Below, in pieces: positions 12,501 through 22,661 of a DNA stretch of 64,000 nt. The notes under the pieces are model-generated. The model was given only the letters and a program-made list of their open reading frames with translations. It had not been told where the DNA came from and did not search any database. Source of the DNA: Azolla caroliniana (taxonomy: Eukaryota > Plantae > Polypodiophyta); NCBI GenBank assembly GCA_043228905.1, contig JBHGNT010000009.1:3410001-3474000 (forward strand). The letters are read 5' to 3'. Every line of letters begins with the position of its first letter. Position 1 is the stretch's first letter. A program made the position numbers and the translations under genes.

Positions 12501-12789
12501 AAGCAAAAGGGGGGGGGGGGGGGGACAAAGGGAAAAAGGGAGAATTTATATGGAGGGGTTATTATTTTATATAAGGATTTTCCTTTTACAATTTAATACA
12601 CACATATAAAGGTTATTTTATTTACATAAGGATTTTCCTTTTAGAGTTTATATACAAGGGTTATATTGTTTTCCTTCATCTCCTTCCTTGTTTAAATTCC
12701 GAGTCCCCCCCATGTCCATGCCATCTATCCTTGTTGTGTCAAGGCCGACGTAGAACTCTCTCTCTCTCTCTCTCTTTTTCGTAAGTACC

Positions 12790-13130
12790 TTACCCTAGTG
12801 GTAAGTTGTTAACACTGCAAGCACCGCATCGTGGGTTCGAAACCCAATCTCCTCACCTCTCTATTATATACTTCATATACTCTTAATTCACTAGATGTCA
12901 TTGTGGAATGTAGGGGTTGAACCCATGACCACATGCACTCCATTGGGCAACCTTACCAAGGTAGCTACATCCATCTCAGCACTCAAAACCCAATCTCCTC
13001 ACCTCTCTATTATATACTTCATATACTCTTAATTTACTAGATGCCATTGTGGAATGTAGGGGTTGAACCCATGACCACATGGTCTCCATTGGGCAACCTT
13101 ACCAACTAAGCTACATCCATCTCAACACAC
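12790..13130. repeat. tRNA-derived (SINE-like) heads; a 146-bp unit is tandemly duplicated; flanked by (CT)n
   Basis: Plus strand: TAGTGGTAAG...GGGTTCGAAACCC (12796-12845). Minus strand in each unit (12840-12985, 12986-13130): GTAGCTTAGTTGGTAAG...GGTCATGGGTTCAACCCC (A and B boxes). Confidence 0.7.
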
Positions 13131-16100
13131 TCTCTCTCTCTCTCTCTAGGCAATGATATATATATGTATGTATGTATGTATATGCTCAAATTGGCACTGT
13201 TCCCTTTCCTTTATAACCACTCTTCACGAAATCCGTAGACGCATTGTGATGTTTTTGTTACATGGGCCTGACTTCCTTGTGTCCTACATTACACGTCTTG
13301 TAAAGTAACCATTTTATTCTCTTTGCATTTCAGAAAAATCTGTCTCTCAAGACGTAATCTCTTGTTCAATCTTGTGCCCATTTTGGCCTCTTAAAAATAC
13401 ATTAATATATCTTTCTTCTCTCTCCTCTCCCCCAACCATGCTCATCTACTTAATTATTATTTGATTTCCCATGTATGAACAGATCAAATCAATATTGTAT
13501 TCTCGTATATATCGAAAATTGCTTTGCATGCTTGTGGACGAGATCAACATTAGAATTGTGCATGGTTATAATGTTATTTTGACCCACACCGAATTACTTG
13601 ATATGTATAAATAATTCATACACAATCATTGTGACATGTTCTCCCCTCCCCTAGCCCAAGCACTCTATCACACACGCAAAAAGACCAACTCAAAAGAATC
13701 CAAACTCAGCATGCACACACTTGAGTACATTATTTCGCCGTCAAAAGCATATTGCATGAATGATACAACATTGCTTTAATTACACGGACCCCCAAGTTTG
13801 GTTGTCCTTAGTTATAAGTGGAGCCCTAATCTTCTTCTTTGGATAATTATTATGCACTCCTCGTCAAATAAAAGATCATATGATGTGGTCATGGGTTGTA
13901 CATGTATTACTAGATAACAAATGCATTTTGTTCGAATTCTCTTTTTTCTATGTTTGATTGGGGTATTTAAATGCACAATCACATTTCTCATCATTGTTGA
14001 GATGAGACAAAATATAGTTGTTGCCCCATCCAATGTGACCAAGCACATCAAGGAGTGAAGGGATGGATGAAGCAATGAATTTGCAAAATTGGAGGACTGG
14101 CCAATGAGTCACTTTATACTCTACCCCTAGCCAAAGTATAAGGTGGTTCCAATCTCTTATCAATGACAATGTCCAACCCTGTACATGATGCATGTGATAT
14201 TATTATAATTTGGTATGGTAGCCCAATAAATGAAAAAGGTTTTTACAATAATACATAATGTATGATTATGGATTTCGTGTACATTTGCTCTACAAAACAA
14301 AGCGAGGAATCTTTCTATCGTACCATTCATTCATTTTGTACATATGCATCTTATTGAACATAATGTAACGCCCTCATGAACGTCACATATGTGGATTATT
14401 TTTTGTAAGGCATTTAGCTACTACATTATTTAATCATGCTTCACCATTGTATCATGTTTTAATTATCAATGGTTGTTATTCACATTAAGAGGATGTTGTA
14501 GGTCTTTTGTGTTTATTGGATTAAAACACAAAATTTTCATTATTCAGTGATGGATTTGAATTTCTTCAATATCTCATCGTTCCTCATGTGATTTTCTACT
14601 TATTTCATCTTTTAAAAATTTGAAAGCAATTCAAATTTATACTATTAAGCCCTTGTACGTTCAACATCCTTGTGCCAAAATTATTAATACAACTAAAAAC
14701 ATTGAGAGTCGTAACAAAGAATTTCACATTCTCACAACTTTGATTTTCCTCATTGCCCTGGGATGATTCTTGGATCGTTTTGCCTTTCTTGTTGAAGATA
14801 TTGATGTAGCTCTAGAACTTAGTATCCAAAGGTGCACATTTTGTATGTATAACCATTATATGGTGTCGTATTCAACTCTCCCTCGCTGCATTTGACATGT
14901 AAACAAAACTCAAGCACGAAAAGTAATGCAATGTAGATAAGTCTCTTTGAGCCATTTTCAAGAAAAAGAAATGCAGGATAGTATAATATTAGTATAAAAC
15001 ATACAGAATATATTAGAATCTACATAAACAAGTACATCACGTGTTAGAACATCATGAGGATGAACTCTTTCTTTAATTTCCTTCTTGTTGTCTCCTATGG
15101 TATTCTCTTTTCTGGGTGGGGGTTGTGAAGTATTGAGCACACTTCATCACAAGTTGATGTTGCACACTTCATCACAAGTTTTTGTCGATCCCAATAAGCT
15201 GGTGGATTTTTGTTGTTTGTGCAAGCAAGGAAAGACTATCCATGAATTTGTTTATATCAATTTTGCCTTTCACTGTTTATGTAAGTCTAGTTGAAAAGCA
15301 CCTTGCTTAGGGTATAACAATACTTTTTACATGTATTCAAACGAGTTTTGTTTTTTCCAGGTTTCCCTTTTCTCCATATTCGGAGTGATGCTTGTAATGA
15401 TAATGTATTTTATGTAGAGTTTGCACATATGCATTATGTATAAGCATATATGTGAAGCTCTCTATTGACTCATGTAATTGTAGTATTGATTATGTAAGCA
15501 ATATTCTAGACCAAGTTGGTTCCTTTAACTATTATCTATGTAAACTTGTTTCTGATCTTTATGGAGAACATGCATTTGTATCTTAAGAAGGACGCCAAGT
15601 TAACTACTAATATTTATAATCGCACAATGTTTTTTAAAATTCCACATCTTTGGCTTGTTAAATTTTAATATATTTACACATTTGATGTGGATGATAGGTG
15701 TGAGTCTATTTGCATGCTTGATACAGGTGATAGATATGAGTCAAATTCATTAATGGTAAGAGGAACTCTCATTCATTTTTAGAAACCTCCCTTGTTATGT
15801 TTATATGGGTCCTAAGCTATTTGAAGGCTGAAGCTTCTCATATGTGCCAAGGTTTTACCATGTTGTCTAAGAGAGCCTACATTAAATTAAAATGGATCAT
15901 ATTTATCATTTCCATATAATTTCTCTCTTTAGGTAGACAAAATCTTGCATGTGTCATGAACATTGTTCTCTAAGCCTCCGCATAAATGAGTGGTTGTGTT
16001 TCCAAAAAGTTCCACATGGTTAAACGATTGCACATGATGGAATAGTTGTGTTTGTCAAACATTCCGTAAGTGTTAAAAATTCTCTTGACATTTATTTGCT

Positions 16101-19100
16101 AGAGATCATACAATGTTTTAAACCCAGTTAACCAAAATTCTTGTGGTGGATAAACAATCCTATAAAGTTACGACATCTCAATGCAAAGAAGTTGATAATT
16201 GGATCAACTCAACACTATAGAGCCATATTCTAAATTATCATCATTGCCTCCACCTCTCAATTTGCCATAACCTATTTCACTAACGCTACTTTACCAAAAG
16301 AGGGGTCTATTGTTTTGAGAAGCCTAGCTTGAAAAACGATTAAAAAGCCTATATTTTGGGATGTAGAACTAGGTGCACTTTCATAAATTACAAATAATCA
16401 TGTGTGTGTGTGTTGGGGGGGGGGGGGAGTTCTTAAAATGACCATTTGGCATTTTTACCGTGATGTGCCATATACATAAAAGAAATCTATTCGCCCGCTT
16501 CAATATCCTCGCATAGTTGTTTTCATGTGTAATTTCAATGTAACATTCAATCATATATGGTAATTTCATTGTAACATTCAATCATATATGGTAATTTCTT
16601 CTCTCATATACTTCCCATCACATGTGGTAATGCATAAGCCATCAATATAATCTACAATTTACGTTTGTATACTTCAAATAGTTTTGACTATGGCAATATA
16701 TTTTTCGTTATTAACCTTTTAGAAAATATCCTAAATATCCCCTAAATACTAACAATATTGATGGTTCCAACCCATTATAATAGTTTGTCGTTAAAAAACA
16801 TGGTTAATTACAACAAAATAAGCTGCCAATGCTTACCCTTCATGATCATCATCTAATAGGAGACTATGCATTTGGTCAATGTGGAGGTTTTGCAAGCACT
16901 TTGCAAGTATGAATTAAGTTGGATTGTTTGGATTGAAAATCTTATTAGCTAGCTCAAAAGATTATAAACCAATAATTAAACCTTGTATGAGTTCACTTTA
17001 GTTGTCATGAATCAATGAACAAATTGTTTTAAGGCTATGATCAAGTGACAAAAAATTTTGAGAGAAGAAAGTGTATTGAATGCATGATGTTTATATAACA
17101 AAGGCCACAAGGCAGAGGGAAAATTCAACAAGGGAGATTTATGATGGGTGAAAATTAAAGCTAAAAGGTTATAAAAAATAATTAATCTTGTTAGAGTTTA
17201 CCTTACTTGTTATTAACCCATTAACAAACTACCAAAAGGATAGGAACAAGGGACAAAAAGTACTAGTCAGAAAATCAAGCATTACATTGACTACATGATT
17301 GGTACCATAAAGGGCACAACGAAATGAGAAGAATTGAGGAGAACAACACGATATTGAAATAGAAAACTAGACCTAGATTGAAAACTCCTTTATATAGTGT
17401 AACCTATTAACTATCTTGAATTTTACAGGAGACATTCAATATGGTTGTCAAAGTAGAAAACTAGACCCAAATTGGAAAACTCCTTGATTTAGTGTGGTGT
17501 ATTACAAAAAGCAATCACACCTAACAATTGTGCAACATGGGTAGCATAAATTTGTTATTACTAGAAATAATCCAATTTGCTTCCAAAATGGCCACCAAGT
17601 CGATCTCCTATGGAAACATCACATTTGCATCCAAATCTTGAGACTTTGGACATAACTATGGTGCTATTGAAATCACATGGAGAGAACCTCATGCTCTCCA
17701 CCTGTCCAAGTACTTCTTACACACTTATAAGTTATAGGATATTTTATTGCCATGGGAGTTCACGAAAAACACAACTGAAAGTTTTGCGCATTGCTCTAGT
17801 TCACAACATTGGTGCCAAGTGAGGGAATTTTAGGACTTATCGCACTTGATCTGATTACATTAATCGTTGTTGTGATGAGTAAGTGTGGGTCTCAAGTCAC
17901 TCCTAATCCTATCAACAGATGTTGGCAAATTAACAAGTAAGATTTAAACTTAACTTTTAAGACATAGACTAGAGACTTAAACTTAGTGAAGATTCTTTAA
18001 TAACTTAAATATTAACGTTAAACTACTAACACAGTAAACAAGGAAAGCAATGGAAGAACGCAACAAAGCACTCGATTGAGAAATATGGGACCAGTCTTCA
18101 AGAGTTACACCCAACCCATAACTTAATATTAAGACGAACATGATACCCCAACTTTAAAGACCACGTAATACTTCAAGATATAAAAACACTTACATCTCCA
18201 CTCCATGCAATTCGGGAAGCCTCTAAGGCTTATTAAGTGAAACTAAAATTGACACACACCTAATCACTACAACAATTAAGAAATATGTTTGTCTAAATTA
18301 AATAGATTAGAAACATATGACATAATAGATAATTGCTAATCAAAGAACATGTATATATGAATTTCCTAAAGGTCTTTTTCACATGAGAGCTCTAGCCCAT
18401 TTTATGCCCAACCGATGGTCGTGCCCTACTTACCTGCTGTCGTTGATGGTGGTGCAAATCCTCTTGAGGGATGTTTAGGGATTGCCGCTTCTGCCACAAT
18501 AGTTGTAGAAAAGTTGATTGTCTTTATCAGCCTACATGCTACAGCCAGCTCAGTTGCCGCAATCAACCTCCCAACGTCCTCCATCACCCCGGTCTTCCTC
18601 GATGCAACGACGAACCAAGAACAGTTATTGCGCTATCGCGAATAGTCTAATCAGGGCTCCCATGCAACTAACTCAGATATCCCACCTATTTTGGACAGCG
18701 TAGTAGAGCTTCTATTGAGAAAAGGACAATTCGAAAATATGTGTAAGATGGACACATTACATCTTCTTTCCCGGAATGTGCAAGGCCTGGGTGGTCATGC
18801 TTTTCGCAAATGTAAAGGACTCTTAGGCTCAAATTTAGGTACTACTAATGTAGGTACTATTGATATTTTTTTTCTACAAGAGCATCACATGTGCACGGAT
18901 AGGATTGGGAAGTATGGATCCATTTTACCAGGACGGTGGATTCATTTATGGTTTCTTGCCTTTGGCCCCACTGGCCTCTAGGCTGGATTATGCATTGCTC
19001 TTAAACACCATTTACAATCTATCATCATGTCAGTTGCTACTATTAATATGAATAAACATGCACAATTCCTTATTGTAAAAATAGGATCCTAGAAGGTTGA

Positions 19101-20369
19101 CCTTATGAATCTCTATGCTCCTAATTTTGCGTTAGAAAGGGTAGGTTTATGGCTATCTCTTTTTTAATTATGCGAGTTTAGCATATTGTTGGTTGGTGGG
19201 AGAACACGTTTGCGTTCACAAGTGGAAGGATTGCGCATTCCACTTATAGATTCCTTTTATAATCTTGCGATTTTAGACTATTTTCAAAAACTTGATACAC
19301 CAGTATCACATGTTTTAAATAGCATGTAAAAATTTGCTAGTTTTTTGAGATTTACAAGTTTCAAAATGATCATTTCTAAAATGGAATAGTTTTTCAATAA
19401 ATGTTTAAATTTTGATGGTTTGTAGATATGAAATGTAGTTAACTTAAAGAAAATCACAATGGTCAACTCAAGGCACAAGTTAAGGTTAATGGTTTCACCA
19501 TCTTGAGGAGATTAAGATTACATCTATTGTTAGACTTGAAAATGTTTTAACTATAAAAGGTAACATTGCAATCCTTAATGTCATCATCTATAAATTAATG
19601 CTCACTAACATCCATAAATTCACAACTCAAGAAATGTAGACAATATTCATAAACAATTTTGATAAATCCAAAACTCCTAAAATGTAGACGATATTCATAA
19701 ACTGTCAAACTTTAGATGTGAACATTAATATATCAATTTGAACATAACACATAGTTATCAGGGTATCTACAATGTTATCGTGTTCTTCCTTATAAGAATT
19801 CCCCTTCAAAATTTGTGACGTAATGGCATTTGCAAAGTTCAGTTACCATCAACAGAATTATTAATGGTTTTCTGAATCTAATAAATGAAGCACATGTTTA
19901 CCATAAGGTATTTTGTTGTGCAACATACATCTTTAAAAACCTCTTTTATTTGAAAAACAACAATAGTTTTAAACATGAACACGATATGTTGTATTGAGTT
20001 GATGTAAAAAATAGAGTTTTCATCATAATTCTATACAATATATTGAGTTCATGTTCAAAGTTTTTTTACCGAATTAAACAAAAATAATAAAAATTATAAA
20101 TTAAGCTTGAGTTCATAGAAAAACTAGATTTTTCATCACAATTCGATATAATGTATCGAGTTCATGTTTAAAGTAATTTTTTCAAATTTTTAAATTTTTT
20201 ATTTTCAATTTGTTTCAAAATTTTTTATTTTTTTTCAAATTTTTTGATTTATTTTTATTTTTTATGGAAAAAATAATAATTTAAAACATGAACTCGATAC
20301 ATTGTATCGACTTGTGATAAAAAGTCTGGTTTTTTCATCACCTATTAAAGCACAAAAAAACTTTCTAAG

Positions 20370-20610
20370 ACAGTGACGAAATTAGTACTAAGAGAGAAAT
20401 ATTAGTACTAAGAAGAATAGAAGGTGTAGAACACTTGAGAAAAGAAGAGAGAGAGAGAGTGAGAGTGAGAGAGGGACTAAGTGGGAATGATGATGACAGC
20501 GATATATTATGTGAGAAGAATATACAATGAAGGCTAAGAGGCTTAAGTCTGGCGTTGAACCGATTTGGTTCGAAATAATGCCTTGTGGCTCCTTTGATAG
20601 TGTTCTAAGG
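20370..20610 (-). mobile_element. Chromovirus LTR fragment related to the LTRs at 46524/51842
   Basis: GGCTTAAGTCTGGCGTTGAACCGATTTGGTTCGAAATAATGCCTTG is near-identical to the reverse complement of 46715-46760; TTAGTACTAA repeats and the (GA)n tract are also shared. Confidence 0.85.
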
Positions 20611-20624
20611 CTTGCTAAAGTAGT

Positions 20625-20985
20625 TGAAAATGAAAATATTCTTTGTATTACAATGTATGGTTTAATGGTTAGGAACTTGACCCATGCAATGTTAGGTCAT
20701 GGGTTCAAGTCTCACCTTACCATGACATGAAGAAAACTAACATTTTTAGATGAAAAAATCACGCTTTTAAACATGAACTCGATACGCCGTATCGAGTTCA
20801 TGTAAAAAAGCAGCTTTTTTACATGATCGAGTTCATGTTTAAAAGCATGATTTTTTCGTGCAAAAGTATTAGTTTTGTTTCATGTCATGGTAAGGTAGGA
20901 CTCGAACCCATGACCTTACGCTCATGGGTCCAACTCCTAACCATTAGACCATATATTGTAACACAAGATAAAATCATTTTTAGAA
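20625..20985. repeat. ~350-bp inverted repeat with convergent tRNA-like heads
   Basis: Left arm ATGGTTTAATGGTTAGG...GGTCATGGGTTCAAGTC...CCTTACCATGACATG is mirrored at 20880-20960; a third head lies at ~21315-21390 (-). Confidence 0.85.
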
Positions 20986-21264
20986 ATATTATCAACACTA
21001 AGAATACTATATTAGCTTTTTAACATGAACTCGATACGCCGTATCGAGTTCATGTAAAAACGTTAGCTTTTCAACATGAACTCGATACGGCGTATCGAGT
21101 TCATGTTTAAAAGCGTGATTTGTTACATGAACTCGATACGGCGTATCGAGTTCATGTTTAAAAGCGTGATTTGTTACATGAACTCGATACGCCGTATCGA
21201 GTTCATGTAACAACTCGATACGGCGTATCGAGTTCATGTAAGATACGGCGTATCGAGTTCATGT
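20771..21264. repeat. Array of the 33-bp palindrome ACATGAACTCGATACG(C/G)CGTATCGAGTTCATGT
   Basis: Full copies at 20771, 21023, 21074, 21125 and 21176 (51-bp period in the cluster); truncated copies at ~21212 and ~21242; decayed copies at 19972-20320 and 21484-21640. Confidence 0.95.
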
Positions 21265-22661
21265 TTAAAAGCGTGATTTGTTCATTTAAAAAAATTTAGC
21301 TATATTGAAATCATGATATGGTAGGACTTGAACCCATGACCTAATACTTCATGGGTCTAACTCTTGACCACTAGACCACTAGACCATACTTCATATTTCA
21401 TGGGTCTAACTCTTGAAGTTTCTAAAATTATAAATAAAAATTCGAAAAAAAAATTGAAACAAATTAGAAAAAAATACTTTAAGCATGAACTCAATACATT
21501 ATATTGAATTGTGATGACAATTATGGTTTTCTAGATGAACTCAAGCACAAATTATTATTATTATTATTTTTTAAATCTAGTAAAACAAACTTTGAGATTA
21601 TTATATCGAATTGTGATGAAAATTATGGTTTTTTGGATGAACTCAGATGACAAGGAAACTTGCAAGAACTCAAGATGGGGATATTAATAGCTACACATGT
21701 AGATGGCCATGACCTAGGGTACCAATTCGGCATTGGTAAAGTTTTGGACGTGATGATGCATTAAACCTTTGTAATACATCTATGATTAACATTAATGAGG
21801 TGGATATCATTATGTATGACTTTACACACACAAAATTTGGATGTTTAAGGACAACAACGATATACATAATAAAAGAGATATTAGCAAGTCTAGAAGATAT
21901 CTCAAATTGAAGGGGAAGAAGATTTACTGCACACAATTTGGTGAAGACAATGATTTGATTGGTACATTGGAAAATGAGGAGGAAGAGTCACGATTGTATA
22001 TTATCTATAGTAGTGATTGTTATGAAAAGAATGATGATAGTCATGCAAATAACTCCCAAATGTATTTGTTGTACAACTATATGTAACAAATTTAGACAAC
22101 ATTTTATCGAATGGAATAAAAATGTTCATTGTTTTGAAGTATTGTACTTTCAATTTCCTTAAGATCTAAAAACTTATTAGCTGTCATTTTTCCTTAAAAA
22201 TCCACAAGTTACTTTTCATATTTGACCCAAATTTGGCATTTTTCAATTTTACCAAATGGTGAAAATTTCAACTTTTTCATCAAGTTTTCGAGAACATGTG
22301 ATACTAGTATCAAGATGTTTTGTGAAATGGCAAAAAAACCCCAAAATCAAACGGAATATTCCTTATCCTTCCACTTATGCGCAATCCTTCCACTTGTGAA
22401 CGCGAACGTGTTGGAGGCAACTTTAATATGATTGAGGATGTTGTTGATAGAATGGGAGGTATAAGCACTACAATTTCAGGATGGGAAGCTAAGTGTTGTG
22501 ACTACTTTTGTTTTGCCTATGGTTTGCTTGACTTATGGAAGGTGCATTCATTTTCACGTATACAAGAATCCCTTGAGTTTCTAGATCAGATGGGAGTATG
22601 GTTGCCACAAATTTGTCTTGACTAGATAGATTTTATGCTAGTAGAGTTTTTTGGAGGGGGG

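Larger units (their letters stand above)
19203..22412. mobile_element. Non-autonomous TIR / fold-back DNA element, 3210 bp, 36-bp TIRs, 4-bp TSD GGAG
   Basis: AACACGTTTGCGTTCACAAGTGGAAGGATTGCGCAT (19203-19238) is the reverse complement of 22377-22412 with 1 mismatch. GGAG flanks both ends (19199-19202, 22413-22416). Removing the element restores LINE codons TGG TTG GTG GGA GGC AAC TTT AAT. Confidence 0.9.

Noticed and set aside
12790-13130. Functional tRNA genes (also at 20650-21395, 25550 and 40205)
   Set aside because: A/B boxes are present, but no consistent acceptor or anticodon stems can be folded.
13300-18400. Possible decayed TE or LTR/PBS (CAACA-TTGGTGCC at ~17804)
   Set aside because: No partner LTR, TSD or protein motif could be supported by eye.
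21007-21237. ORF with HELDTxYRVHV repeats
   Set aside because: It is simply the translation of the DNA palindrome array; no coding evidence.
21023-21264. CRISPR-like array (33-bp palindromic repeat with spacers)
   Set aside because: Spacers are only 18 bp and repeat (TTAAAAGCGTGATTTGTT recurs), there are no cas genes, and the context is a eukaryotic TE.
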